64,000 nt of DNA from Polyangiaceae bacterium (GCA_044376115.1 JBILLK010000003.1:128001-192000); one strand, 5' to 3'; counted from the stretch's first letter, positions 8,917-18,894 are shown. The notes: generated from the sequence alone by a model not told the origin. Made by a program: numbers and translations.

Positions 8917-10572
8917 ATGAACGGCTGCATGATGGACTTCCCGCTGACGATCACTCACCTGTTGGACCGTGCGCTCGCGCTGTTTCCCGAGGTTGAAGTG
9001 GTCACTCGACTTGCCGACCGTTCGCTTCACAGACAATCCTATCGAGACACCTATCGGCGTTCTGCGCTGTTGGGGGCAGCGCTGAGGCGGCTTGGTGCAA
9101 AGCAAGGCGACCGGGTCGCGACGCTATGTTGGAATCATCGGCAGCACCTCGAATGCTATTTGGGCGTGCCGGCCATCGGCGCGGTAGTGCATACGCTCAA
9201 CTTGCGACTCCACCCGACTGAGCTGGCCTACATCGCGAATCACGCGGGGGACCGCTTCTTGGTCGTGGATCGATCCCTGCTGCCCTTGCTCGAGAAATTT
9301 CGTTCACAGCTGACCTCGGTGGAACACTTCATCGTCGTCCCCGACGCTCCGGGAAACGTTGAGGAACCGTTCCTCGACTACGAGGCCCTGCTTGATGCTG
9401 AAACAGTGGAGTTGCCTGCGTCGCCTTGGTCGGGCCATGCAGTGGGGTTCGTGCGGCCGGAAGAGAACGCCGCCGCGATGATTTGCTACACCTCCGGAAC
9501 TACGGGCAACCCCAAGGGCGTCGTCTTTTCGCATCGGTCGACGGTGCTCCACGCGTTCGCAGGCTCGACGGTCGATTCGATTGGCGTTGGCTCGCAGGAC
9601 GTTTTGCTACCAGTCGTGCCAATGTTCCATGCCGCCGCTTGGGGCTTGCCGTACATGGCTGTCCTCAACGGCGCGAAGATCGTGTTTCCGGGGCCACACC
9701 TCGACGCGCCCTCCTTGTTGGAGCTCATGGCCGCCGAGAAGGTTACGGTCGCGGGCGGAGTTCCAACCATCTGGAATGGCATCTTGGCCAAGCTGGATGC
9801 CGAGCCTGGTCGCTGGGATCTCAGCGCGATGCGCACCATGGTGATCGGCGGAGCCGCAGCGCCGCCGGCGATGATTGACGCTTTCCGCGAGCGCCACGGG
9901 CTGATCGTGACGCACGCCTGGGGCATGACGGAGACGAACCCGCTGGGCACCATCGCTCACCTAAGTCCAAAGGTGAAGGCGCAGGGAGCCGAGGCCGTTG
10001 CTGCGGCGCGGGCATCGCAAGGCGTCCCGGTTCCCTTCGTCGAAACGCGACACGTCGATGACGCCGACAAGCCTTTGCCTTGGGATGGAAAGACGATGGG
10101 TGAGCTCCATGTGCGGGGGCCCTGGGTCGCAAAGTCCTATTTCGGGGGTGACGGGAAAGATCGCTTCACCGATGACGGCTGGTTCCGTACCGGGGACATC
10201 GTCACCATTGATGCGGATGGCTACGTTCGGATTACCGATCGTTCGAAGGATGTCGTGAAGTCGGGCGGCGAATGGATCAGCAGCGTCGCGCTCGAGAACG
10301 CGCTGATGGCTCACCCAGCGATCTTGGAGGCAGCGGTGTTCGCGGGAAAGCATCCCAAATGGGATGAGCGACCGATCGCGGCGATCGTATTCAAGCCGGG
10401 AAAGTCGGCCTCACACGAGGAACTCAATGCGCACTTGGAAGGTAGTTTTCCCAAGTTCTGGCTGATCGATCTGTATGTTGAAGTTGAAGAGGTCCCGCGC
10501 AACTCCACGGGTAAGTTCCTCAAAACCAAGCTGCGCGAGCTCTACGGAGATCGGTTGCTTGGTAGCAGCTGA
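8917..10572 (+). CDS. long-chain fatty acid-CoA ligase (AMP-binding family)
   Basis: YTSGTTGNPKG, WGMTET, WFRTGD, DRSKDVVKSGGEWISS; SD GGAGAG before ATG 8917. Confidence 0.93.
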   Translation: MNGCMMDFPLTITHLLDRALALFPEVEVVTRLADRSLHRQSYRDTYRRSALLGAALRRLGAKQGDRVATLCWNHRQHLECYLGVPAIGAVVHTLNLRLHPTELAYIANHAGDRFLVVDRSLLPLLEKFRSQLTSVEHFIVVPDAPGNVEEPFLDYEALLDAETVELPASPWSGHAVGFVRPEENAAAMICYTSGTTGNPKGVVFSHRSTVLHAFAGSTVDSIGVGSQDVLLPVVPMFHAAAWGLPYMAVLNGAKIVFPGPHLDAPSLLELMAAEKVTVAGGVPTIWNGILAKLDAEPGRWDLSAMRTMVIGGAAAPPAMIDAFRERHGLIVTHAWGMTETNPLGTIAHLSPKVKAQGAEAVAAARASQGVPVPFVETRHVDDADKPLPWDGKTMGELHVRGPWVAKSYFGGDGKDRFTDDGWFRTGDIVTIDADGYVRITDRSKDVVKSGGEWISSVALENALMAHPAILEAAVFAGKHPKWDERPIAAIVFKPGKSASHEELNAHLEGSFPKFWLIDLYVEVEEVPRNSTGKFLKTKLRELYGDRLLGSS

Positions 10573-10575
10573 GCT

Positions 10576-10872
10576 TTACTTCGGGGGCGCAACGCAGGCT
10601 TGAAGGGCTGTTGCTTCCGCGGCGCATAACTCCACGATCGGCGCGCACACATCAACTTGCGTTGCTTCACAGTCTTGCACGGCCTCGAGCTCGGCCTCGC
10701 AGTTGCCAGCCTGCTCAGCGGCCTCAGCGCAGAGTTCCTCGCAGTCGACCTCAGGGTCTGCATCGGGACAGCCTCGAGCCTCCTCACACACGGCGAGGCA
10801 CGGATCGGTGCAAGCCACGCAGCCCAGGGCGAGGGCGGTGACCGCTATGAGCTTGGCTACGAGCGACCTCAC
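10576..10872 (-). CDS. small Cys-rich putative lipoprotein
   Basis: Signal peptide with LGC/VAC lipobox candidates, periodic Cys, GTGA overlap with the upstream hydratase. Confidence 0.7.
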   Translation of the reverse strand: MRSLVAKLIAVTALALGCVACTDPCLAVCEEARGCPDADPEVDCEELCAEAAEQAGNCEAELEAVQDCEATQVDVCAPIVELCAAEATALQACVAPPK

Positions 10873-11654
10873 TTACCGGTAAAGCGAGGGGGACGCTTCT
10901 CCGCGAAGGCTGCGAGAGCTTCCAAGCGATCGGTCGAGCGCAGCGTCTCGTCGTAGTGCACACGCTCGAGTTGAAGGCCTTGATCGAGATCGGTGCTTAG
11001 CGCGATGTCCACCGCCGCCAATGCAGCGGCTTGTGCAATGGGTGCGCCCTCGGCAATCGGCTTGATGAAGGCAATGACGTCTTCAACGACATCCACGTTC
11101 GCCGGGCTAATGCGATTGACCAGTCCCCACGCCAAGGCTGTTTCAGCGTTGATGGGGCGCCCCAGAAGGATCATCTCCTTGGCGCGGGCCTCTCCGATCA
11201 CACGTGGGAGCCGCTGGGTCCCACCGGCTCCCGGAATGATCCCGAGCGTGGTTTCGGGTAGCGCCAGCATGGCTGAAGGAACGCACACGCGCAGATCGCA
11301 AATCAGCGCCAGCTCCAGCCCGCCGCCGAACGCGCTGCCGTTGAGCGCAGCAACGACTGGTTTGGGACTCTTGTCGAGGATGCCGAGCTCAGTTCGGTAA
11401 AGCCCTACCTGCACCCGAACGTCCTCGTTCGTGAAGGCCTGCCGTTCCTTCAAATCAGCTCCGGCGCAGAACACCTTGTCCCCGCTGGCCGTAATCACGA
11501 TTGCGCGAATATCCGCGTCGAGCACGAGCTCGCGACCGAGCCGCCCGAGTTCGGTCAGGGTTAGCCGCGAGAGCGCGTTTCGACGCTCCGGCCGATCGAC
11601 GGTGAGGATGCCTACGGGACCACGACGCTCGAGCCGGACCGGTGTTTCGCTCAT
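10869..11654 (-). CDS. enoyl-CoA hydratase/isomerase (methylglutaconyl-CoA hydratase-like)
   Basis: FCAGADLKE, AFGGGLELAL.CD.R, PE..LGIIPGAGGTQRL. Confidence 0.93.
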   Translation of the reverse strand: MSETPVRLERRGPVGILTVDRPERRNALSRLTLTELGRLGRELVLDADIRAIVITASGDKVFCAGADLKERQAFTNEDVRVQVGLYRTELGILDKSPKPVVAALNGSAFGGGLELALICDLRVCVPSAMLALPETTLGIIPGAGGTQRLPRVIGEARAKEMILLGRPINAETALAWGLVNRISPANVDVVEDVIAFIKPIAEGAPIAQAAALAAVDIALSTDLDQGLQLERVHYDETLRSTDRLEALAAFAEKRPPRFTGK

Positions 11655-11693
11655 AGCGAATCGATTATCACGATCTCGCGCGGCGGGGGATGC

Positions 11694-12494
11694 TCAGCCG
11701 CGGGCGAACGCGTACGAACGTTTCCATTCTTCAAGCAGTGCGCCGTCGTCGAGATCGCGCGGATGAAAACCCTGCTTGAAGTAGCTGAGCCAGGTGCGGG
11801 CAATCGTGCGCATTCCGCCGGGCGTGATGAACAGGAACCGGAACAGCCGCCACCACTCGCTAGCGGAGAAGAGGCAGCCATCCGCGTGCATGAGTACGCA
11901 TTGATGTTGAGCGATCTTCGCCCAGAAGAAGAGCGTGGTGACGAGCATCATGAACAGCCGCTCGAACTCGGTTCCGCCAGCCGCTCGAAAGACGTCGAAG
12001 GGCACTGTCTTGTGCTCGCTCTCCTCGGCCGCGTGCCATTGCCAGAGGCGCTGCATCGCTGGGTGCGCGCCCTCGAGGTTGCGTGGGTCTCCGAGGAGCA
12101 ACAGCGCCATCATGCCGGTAAAGTGCTCGAGCGCACAGGTGATGGCGAGCTGCTTGCGCCGCGGTAGGCGTTTCTGCGCTCTCCGCAACAGGCGCTGCAC
12201 TTGGGGTTCAAGCCGGTCTACCGGGTAACCGTGTGCCTGCAGATGCGCGTTGTAGCCGTCGTGTTCGCGTCCGTGGATCCCTTCTTGTGCCGCAAATCGA
12301 AGCACCTCCTGCTGGAGCTCGGCTGTGGCGTGCTGGGCGTGCGCACGCACAGACGCGACGAAGAAGCGCTCGCCGGCTGGGAAAAAGATCGAGAGACCGT
12401 CGAAGAAGATCGAAACGGCGCGGCCGGCGCCGTGCCAGTGCTTGGGCACCGCGTTCTCCCCGATTGAAAACCTCAAGTCGCGAACCTCGAGCAT
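11694..12494 (-). CDS. predicted metal-dependent hydrolase (ferritin-like ExxH family)
   Basis: 'FP.GERFFV.SVR', 'QEGIHGREH', 'ALEHFT', 'WHAAEESEHK'. Start uncertain (12494 or 12566). Confidence 0.85.
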   Translation of the reverse strand: MLEVRDLRFSIGENAVPKHWHGAGRAVSIFFDGLSIFFPAGERFFVASVRAHAQHATAELQQEVLRFAAQEGIHGREHDGYNAHLQAHGYPVDRLEPQVQRLLRRAQKRLPRRKQLAITCALEHFTGMMALLLLGDPRNLEGAHPAMQRLWQWHAAEESEHKTVPFDVFRAAGGTEFERLFMMLVTTLFFWAKIAQHQCVLMHADGCLFSASEWWRLFRFLFITPGGMRTIARTWLSYFKQGFHPRDLDDGALLEEWKRSYAFARG

Positions 12495-12530
12495 TGATTG
12501 ATGATGAGGTAGCGGGGCTTCCGAGGGCAG

Positions 12531-12566
12531 GTTAGGTTGAGCCAACCTTTTGTCATTTGGGGCCAT
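12531..12566 (-). promoter_or_regulatory. candidate AraC-type operator: two TGGC-headed half-sites 21 bp apart
   Basis: Minus strand reads aTGGCCCCAAATGACAAaaggtTGGCTCAACCTAAC; lies between the divergent AraC and hydrolase genes. Confidence 0.35.
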
Positions 12567-13581
12567 GCTCTACTCCGAAGCGTACATTCCGGCTGTGCAT
12601 GCCCTTCATCTTGCGGAGGTTGCTGCACGTTATGGCGTGACGAGCAGTCAGCTGTTCTCTGTGGCGGGCCTTCGCGAAGTTGACCTTTCGGAGCCAGAGG
12701 AGCGCCTCCCGGTCCCCGTCGTCACGCAGCTCATCGAGCGCGCGCGCGTCCTCACCGGAGAGCCAGCGATCGGCATTCTGCTGGGCCTTCAAATGCGGAT
12801 ATCGGCGCACGGCTATCTTGGCTTTGCTGCGATGGTTGCAAGCACGATCGGCGAGGCGCTCGAGATCGCCGTTCGCTACGCGCCAACTCGAACCAACGCG
12901 CTCGCGCTTCGACTTGTGAGCGAGGGCGAGCAGGCCGCGCTCGTGATCGATGAGGTCGCGTCGTTCGGTACTGCACGAGATGCGGTGCTGTTCGCGCTGA
13001 TGGAGGGTATTCGGCAGATCGGGCAGGCGCTGACGGGTAGAAGGCTCGCAGGCGGCCGGGCCGAAGTAACGTTCCCGGAGCCCGCTTACTTCGCCAAGTT
13101 TGCGGCCGTGACCGATGCTCCGCGCGTGCGCTTCGGTTGCGCAGAAAATCGACTGCTTTTCCCACGCGAAGTGCTCAATGTCCCGCTCAAGCTCGCTGAC
13201 CCCGCGGCCTTCAAATTGGCTCACGAGCAATGTGAACAGGCCCTCGCCGCCATCCGCGACGCAACACGCTTGAGCTCGAAAGTGCGTTCATTGCTGATGC
13301 GCAAAGGAGGCACAGCGCGTTCGCTCGAGGGGGTAGCGGACACGCTCCACCTTTCGTCACGCACGCTCAAGCGACACCTCGCCTCGGAAGGGACCACCTT
13401 CAAACAGCTGCTGGACGAGGCCCGCAAAGACGTGGCGTTGCGCTTGATCGGCTCGGATATGTCGCTCGACGTTGTCGCCGAGCGGTTGGGCTATTCAGAT
13501 CTGGCTAACTTCACGAGAGCCTTCCGGCGGTGGACCGGAAAGACGCCGGGCGCAGTTCGCCGCGAGCGCAGGCCACCCTAG
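12565..13581 (+). CDS. AraC family transcriptional regulator (N-terminal ligand-binding domain, OruR-like)
   Basis: 'HGYLGFA...TIGEAL'; C-terminal 'VAERLGYSDLANFTRAFRRWTGKTP'. Confidence 0.92.
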   Translation: MLYSEAYIPAVHALHLAEVAARYGVTSSQLFSVAGLREVDLSEPEERLPVPVVTQLIERARVLTGEPAIGILLGLQMRISAHGYLGFAAMVASTIGEALEIAVRYAPTRTNALALRLVSEGEQAALVIDEVASFGTARDAVLFALMEGIRQIGQALTGRRLAGGRAEVTFPEPAYFAKFAAVTDAPRVRFGCAENRLLFPREVLNVPLKLADPAAFKLAHEQCEQALAAIRDATRLSSKVRSLLMRKGGTARSLEGVADTLHLSSRTLKRHLASEGTTFKQLLDEARKDVALRLIGSDMSLDVVAERLGYSDLANFTRAFRRWTGKTPGAVRRERRPP

Positions 13582-15543
13582 TCACTTCTTGAGCTGGCTA
13601 CGCGCCTCGAGCTCTTCCCAGCGCGCATAGAGGCGTTGCACCTCGGCTTCACCCTTGGCCAGGGCCTCGCGCAGCGCGACGACCTTGTCTGCGGGCCCGG
13701 CATAAAGCGCTGGGTCACTCAGCTTCGCTGAAAGCTCGCTGACCTCGGCTTCCAGCGCGCCGATCTTGTCCATCAGCCCCTCGAGCTCGCGCTTCTCGTT
13801 CCAGCTGAGTGGTTTCCCTTCGCTGGGCTTTGAGACCGGTGCTGGAGCTTCGGCTTCCTTTGCTCGCGCAGTTCGCTCTTTTTCGACGATCGCAGCGGCT
13901 GCAGCTCCTGCTTTCTTCTGCGCCAAAAAGCTCTGGTAGTTGCCTGCATAGCGAACGACCTTGCCGTCTCCCTCGAAGGAGAGGATTCCCGTCGTAACGC
14001 GATCGAGAAAGGCCCGATCGTGAGAGACGATCAACGCGCAGCCGGGCCAAGCTTCGAGCAGCTCCTCCACCGCACTCAGGGTAGAGGTGTCGAGATCGTT
14101 GGTGGGCTCGTCGAGCACGAGCAGGTTCTTACCCTCCTTGAGCGCAATCGCGAGGGCAACTCGCGCACGTTCTCCACCCGAAAGACTTGAGGCCAACCGC
14201 CTTTGAGCGTGGCTGTCGAACCCAAAGTGCTCGAGGTAAACGCGCAGCGTTACGTCCTTCTCGGCCAGGGTCGCGTTGCCGCCGCCTTTGGCGAGCGCGC
14301 CTTCGAAGCCGGAGACGTTGTCGAACACACACCAGTCTTCAACGACCGTTGCACGGCTCTGATCGACCAAGGCGATCTTCGTGTTTTTGCCCACTTCGAT
14401 CGTGCCTGCGAGCGGCGGAGTTTCGCCCAAAATGGAGCGCAAGAGGGTGGTCTTTCCGGCACCGTTGGGACCAACGATGCCGAGTCGCTCACCGGCCACA
14501 AGCTTAGTCGTGAGGCTCTTGACCAAGATGCGATCGCCAAAGCCGAGCGTGAGGTTCTCGAGCTCGAGTACGGTCTTGCCGAGGCGCGCCAAATCCGGAC
14601 CAACGCTGGCTAGGCTCAGCCCTGCGGCGCGCTTCGGACCTTCAACGGCGAGCAGCTCTTCTGCGCGCTGGATGCGGGCCTTCTGCTTCGTGGAGCGGGC
14701 CTTTGCACCACGGCGTAGCCAGGCTTGCTCGCGCCGCAGGATGTTCATGCGGTTCTGTTCGGTGCGCGCCTCGTGCTCGAGTCGCAGCGCCTTGGCTTCC
14801 ACGTAATCCGAGTAACCGCCGGCGTACTCGAACACCTTGCCAAACTCGAGCTCGAACATCCGATCGCACACTGCATCCAGGAAGTAGCGATCGTGCGAAA
14901 CGACCAAGACCGCGCCCGGAAACTCTTCCACCAAATAGGTTTCGAGCCATTCGATCGTCTCGGTGTCGAGGTGGTTGGTAGGTTCGTCTAGGATGGCTAG
15001 GTCGGGCTTCGCGACCAACATTTCAGCTAGCGCGGTGCGTCTGCGCTCACCGCCGCTCATGGTCGCTACGTTCTGATCGCCGTTTCGTACGCCGACCTTC
15101 AGCAGGATGTCGTCGATCGTATGGTCGAGCTCAAAGCCGCCTAACTCATCGATGCGGCTCGCCAATGCGGACTGTTTCTCGGCGAGCGCCAAAGCCTCGT
15201 CCTCGGAAAGCTTCGCGTGATCGCTGCGATTGAGTGAATCGAACTCGGCCTTGATGGCGGCCCACTCTCCCAGTCCGGCGCGAACCACTTCTCGCGCGGT
15301 GAGCGCGGGGTCGAGGATGGGCTCCTGATCGAGCACCATGATGCGTGCTCCGCGGCGACGCTCGATCAGGCCACCGTCCATCGGCTCTTTTCCAGCCAAG
15401 ATGGCCAGCAGCGTGGACTTGCCGGCGCCATTGTCTCCAAGCAGCCCGACGCGCTCCTTGCGAGTGATGGTTAGTGTGACGTCCTCGAGGAGCGCGCGCG
15501 CACCGAAGGCCTTGGACAGACCACGCGCCGACAATACGGGCAT
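13582..15543 (-). CDS. uup: ABC-F family ATPase Uup
   Basis: Two ABC domains (GDNGAGKS / GPNGAGKT, SGGER, DEPTN), linker 'KARSTKQKARI', C-terminal coiled coil 'LSWNEKRELE...RWEELE'. Confidence 0.88.
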   Translation of the reverse strand: MPVLSARGLSKAFGARALLEDVTLTITRKERVGLLGDNGAGKSTLLAILAGKEPMDGGLIERRRGARIMVLDQEPILDPALTAREVVRAGLGEWAAIKAEFDSLNRSDHAKLSEDEALALAEKQSALASRIDELGGFELDHTIDDILLKVGVRNGDQNVATMSGGERRRTALAEMLVAKPDLAILDEPTNHLDTETIEWLETYLVEEFPGAVLVVSHDRYFLDAVCDRMFELEFGKVFEYAGGYSDYVEAKALRLEHEARTEQNRMNILRREQAWLRRGAKARSTKQKARIQRAEELLAVEGPKRAAGLSLASVGPDLARLGKTVLELENLTLGFGDRILVKSLTTKLVAGERLGIVGPNGAGKTTLLRSILGETPPLAGTIEVGKNTKIALVDQSRATVVEDWCVFDNVSGFEGALAKGGGNATLAEKDVTLRVYLEHFGFDSHAQRRLASSLSGGERARVALAIALKEGKNLLVLDEPTNDLDTSTLSAVEELLEAWPGCALIVSHDRAFLDRVTTGILSFEGDGKVVRYAGNYQSFLAQKKAGAAAAAIVEKERTARAKEAEAPAPVSKPSEGKPLSWNEKRELEGLMDKIGALEAEVSELSAKLSDPALYAGPADKVVALREALAKGEAEVQRLYARWEELEARSQLKK

Positions 15544-15561
15544 TTTGAATGAACTCTCAGT

Positions 15562-16596
15562 CTACTGATTGCACTGGGCGCCCAAGCACGCGGCTACCTC
15601 GGCATCACACTCTTGCTGAATGCAACCGAAGTCTCCTCCACACGTGGGCAGCGCAGTGACTGCGCAGGTCAAGACCTGGTCAACGAAGAATTGCACGTCG
15701 GCACAGCCGAGCGACACGCAGTTGGAGACGCAAGTGATGCTGAACGCCGGGGGGTTCTGCTCCAGGTCGATGCATTGGAACGCGCAGGTGACGATCTCGA
15801 AGCAGGTGATCGGCTGACACTCACCGCAGTCTGCCGGACAGATCGCGCAGGTCTCAAAGTCTTCGCACTGATTGTTCGGGCAGACCGAGCAAACCCCGCA
15901 GTCTTGCTGGCAGGATGCGCACGTCTCACCGCCGCTGCAGATACCGTCAGGGCAGCCCGGGCAAACCCCACAGTCTGCGGGACACACGAAGCAGTTCTCG
16001 TTGTTCGGGTTGCAGACCCCGTTGCCACAACTCTCGCAAACACCGCAGTCGGGGGCGCAGTTCTGACAGTCTTCACCCGTCTCGCAAAAACCGTTGCCAC
16101 AGTTCTGGCAGACGCCGCAGTCCGACGGGCAGCTGTTGCAGTTTTCAACGTCATCGCAGACGTCATTGCCGCATGAGGGACACAAGCCACAATCGATCGC
16201 GCAGGTCGCGCAATTCTCGACGGCGTCACAGCTCAGGTTACCGCAGGACTCGCATTGTCCGCAGTCTTGGACGCAGTTGGCGCAGTTCTCACCGGCTTCG
16301 CAGGTCGTATTGCCGCAGGTATCGCAAACGCCACAGTCCGACGGGCAATTGCTGCAGCTTTCGCTGGCCGAGCAGGCCCCATCCCCGCACCCTTCACAAA
16401 ATCCACAGTCGAGCGGGCAGTTTTGGCAAGACTCGTCACTGCCGCAAACGTTGTTCCCGCACTCCTCCGGGGTAGGCGGCTCTCCTGGCGTGTCAATCGT
16501 CGGGCCCGAGCGCCCACACGCTGTTGAAGCGAGGCCGATAGCGACCAGGGCCGTTGTGCCAAGTACGAACGAGCGGAGAGTTTGCGCCAGCGCCAT
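15562..16596 (-). CDS. Cys-rich tandem-repeat lipoprotein
   Basis: SD GAGG before ATG 16596; lipobox-like ASTAC; nine 6-Cys repeats plus a 12-Cys C-terminal domain. Confidence 0.8.
   Translation of the reverse strand: MALAQTLRSFVLGTTALVAIGLASTACGRSGPTIDTPGEPPTPEECGNNVCGSDESCQNCPLDCGFCEGCGDGACSASESCSNCPSDCGVCDTCGNTTCEAGENCANCVQDCGQCESCGNLSCDAVENCATCAIDCGLCPSCGNDVCDDVENCNSCPSDCGVCQNCGNGFCETGEDCQNCAPDCGVCESCGNGVCNPNNENCFVCPADCGVCPGCPDGICSGGETCASCQQDCGVCSVCPNNQCEDFETCAICPADCGECQPITCFEIVTCAFQCIDLEQNPPAFSITCVSNCVSLGCADVQFFVDQVLTCAVTALPTCGGDFGCIQQECDAEVAACLGAQCNQ
15811..16461 (-). repeat. nine tandem 24-aa (72-nt) coding repeats C[GP]xxxCxxxExCxxCxxDCGxCxx
   Basis: Counted in the translation: 651 nt = 9 x 24 aa + 1. 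Confidence 0.9.
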
Positions 16597-16677
16597 GGTG
16601 CCTCGAAGGAATGAAGACTGCCGGTCTCCTACCATGGGCTGCGGGGGGAGGCACGGTTCTCGCGCAAGGTTTGATGC

Positions 16678-18120
16678 TCAGGGTTTGAGCCGAAGCCTAA
16701 TCCTTTGTCCCGGTCGCGATCGACCCAGTCGGCTCCTGGCGCTTTGGTCGAGTACCGCGATGACCGGGTAACCGCCCATCGTGGCTGAATCAGGGCCGAG
16801 CACGATCGGCGTTCCTTCCGGTGTTACCTGAACAGCGCCAGGTACCATCGGGTGCGACTCGTCTATTGCGGTGTGCTTGATGTGGATCGCCGGCCCATCC
16901 AAACGCGTCCCTACCCGATTGGAAAGAGATGAAACGGTGCGCGTATGTTCGAGCAGGGCGGGCAAGGCGTCCTTGTCGATGCGAGGGTCCGCGGTTGGAT
17001 GCAGGTGCAATAGAAGTTCCTCGGCCAACGGATCGGTGGCGGGAAACCGACTAGTTGGAGGTGCCTCCGGGGATCCGAAGGTGAGGAGCTGACCTTTGCG
17101 CAGTGGTATTCCCAGGGCGCCTGCCCAGGAGGCACCGAGAAGCGTCGAGCGCGAGCCCAACACAGGAGGTAGCTGCAGCTCGCCACCGAATCGTATGTAG
17201 CGAACGAGGTCGGCCCCAGCGTCCACTCGCAGTTTGTCTCCCGGCCGTAGCCAGCGCACCTCTTCACCAGCGATCCCAACCCACGTCGAACCCGCTTCGA
17301 TCGCGAACTCGATTGAGCCCAACGCCAGTTCGATCGCGGGCTCTCCAGCGCCGCAAAGCCGATCGAAGTTTTCACGGTCGAGCGGTCCGCCGCTAGGTAC
17401 GCCAAAGCGCCTCCAGCCGAGCCGTCCGCCGTCTTGAACGGTTGCAAGCCCGCCCAATTTGGTCACCCGAACGCGCACCGGACCTGCGGGCAACTCCGGC
17501 TCCATTAGCACGTCATGGGTTGGCTTCGGTGACTCAACGCGCTCGAAGCGAACGCGGTCGAGCAGATTGATGAGGGTAGGTGGATCAAGGCGTGGGTCGA
17601 AGAGCGAAGGTGCCGTGGCACGCCCAAGTAGCGTCCAGCCTCCGGGAGAAACGAAGGGATAAATGCCCGTGTATCCACCAGCGATACCAACGCTCAAAGC
17701 CTCAACGCGGGGTCTCGGTGACGCTCGTCTTGGCAGCACCAACCCTGAGTCGAGCCCCGAGAGGTAGGCGAAGCCAGGGAGAAAACCACCGAGCGTTGCT
17801 ACATAGGTTGGCCGTTGATGGCGATCGATCAGCTCGTCGACTGAAAGAGCCAGCATGTCAGCGGCAACGGCAAGGTCGGGGCCGTCATAGACCAAGCCAA
17901 TCCTATGTTCACGCGGCTCAGGTTGCATTGGCGCTGCACGTGAACGGTTCTGGGCTGAGCGCTGCTTGGAGACCAGTACCGATCGACTGCCAACGACTGC
18001 GTCTTCCTCACCAAACGACTTGGCCAACTCAAGCAGAACGCGCGCCCGCTCCACCGGCGAGCTGGGGAGCCCGTCCGGCTCGTAGAGAACCGCATCGGGG
18101 CCGAAGTCGCGGATGATCAT
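16678..18120 (-). CDS. pxpBC: 5-oxoprolinase PxpB-PxpC fusion (carboxyltransferase domains)
   Basis: PxpB motifs 'YDGPDL', 'GFLPGFAYL', 'TGIYP..SPGGW..LG'; PxpC motifs 'TVQDGGR.G....GVP.GG.LD', 'SNRVG.RL', 'T.GGYP'. Confidence 0.85.
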   Translation of the reverse strand: MIIRDFGPDAVLYEPDGLPSSPVERARVLLELAKSFGEEDAVVGSRSVLVSKQRSAQNRSRAAPMQPEPREHRIGLVYDGPDLAVAADMLALSVDELIDRHQRPTYVATLGGFLPGFAYLSGLDSGLVLPRRASPRPRVEALSVGIAGGYTGIYPFVSPGGWTLLGRATAPSLFDPRLDPPTLINLLDRVRFERVESPKPTHDVLMEPELPAGPVRVRVTKLGGLATVQDGGRLGWRRFGVPSGGPLDRENFDRLCGAGEPAIELALGSIEFAIEAGSTWVGIAGEEVRWLRPGDKLRVDAGADLVRYIRFGGELQLPPVLGSRSTLLGASWAGALGIPLRKGQLLTFGSPEAPPTSRFPATDPLAEELLLHLHPTADPRIDKDALPALLEHTRTVSSLSNRVGTRLDGPAIHIKHTAIDESHPMVPGAVQVTPEGTPIVLGPDSATMGGYPVIAVLDQSARSRLGRSRPGQRIRLRLKP

Positions 18121-18818
18121 GCTAACGGCGCCAGTAGGCCTTCTGTGCGGAGAGCGGTTGAGACTGCCCGTGCGTTTCGCAAGGCTCCCGGGCTATCGCC
18201 GTGCAAACACAGTGTCTGGAATCTCCTCAAACGGGCAAGCATCAGGGCTTGCGACACGCAAGCGTCTGTATCCTGAAGAATAGCTCCCGGTTCATTGCGA
18301 GGCACGAGGCGAAACTCATCGTCGTAGCGTCGATCGGCGAAGCCTTCGGCCGCGAAGTTGAGTCCGCGGGACCTCGTTGCTTCGGCCAACAACGGTCCTG
18401 AGCCGATGACGGTCGTCAGCTGAGGCATCGCTTTGGTTACTGCGTCCAAGAAGGCGGTGGCGTACGCAAGATCTTCGCTTGCGTCGTGATAGAGCCCACC
18501 GTGGGCCTTGACCAAGCGGATGCCCAAAGACGCGCTGGCAGCCAGCTCGCAGAGCACGCTGCATTGGAGGTAAACAGCGTCGTGCACGTCCTCTGGCCGA
18601 CTGAACTTGCGCCGGCGCCCAAACCCTTCGCGATCAAAAAAGGAAGGGTGCGCAGAAAGCTCGGTTCCCGCCGCCTTGGCTAACGCAATGGCCGTCGCCA
18701 TCGTGTTTCGATCACCCGTATGCCCGCCGCACGCGACGTTCGCGATATGGGCAATCGAGTACAGCTCGGCGGGCTCCTCCGGAAGCTCCCCTAGGTCGAT
18801 ATTGAGTGCGATCGCCAA
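18117..18818 (-). CDS. pxpA: 5-oxoprolinase subunit PxpA (LamB/YcsF family)
   Basis: LNIDLGE, ANVACGGH.GD, AHPS..DREGFGRR, EGFADRRY, CLHGD; ATGA overlap with pxpBC. Confidence 0.92.
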   Translation of the reverse strand: MAIALNIDLGELPEEPAELYSIAHIANVACGGHTGDRNTMATAIALAKAAGTELSAHPSFFDREGFGRRRKFSRPEDVHDAVYLQCSVLCELAASASLGIRLVKAHGGLYHDASEDLAYATAFLDAVTKAMPQLTTVIGSGPLLAEATRSRGLNFAAEGFADRRYDDEFRLVPRNEPGAILQDTDACVSQALMLARLRRFQTLCLHGDSPGALRNARAVSTALRTEGLLAPLA

Positions 18819-18894
18819 GCGGCGAGGTTGAATCAGTCAACGGCCGCCGACCAGGGAAAACTGCTCGCCAAAGTGTGTTAGCCTCGCACGCCTC

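Noticed and set aside
12553..13230. 225-aa ORF antisense to AraC
   Set aside because: Shadow ORF of a well-supported gene in GC-rich DNA.
16094..16771. Repetitive Gln/Pro/Ser ORF on the plus strand
   Set aside because: Antisense reading of the Cys-rich repeats.
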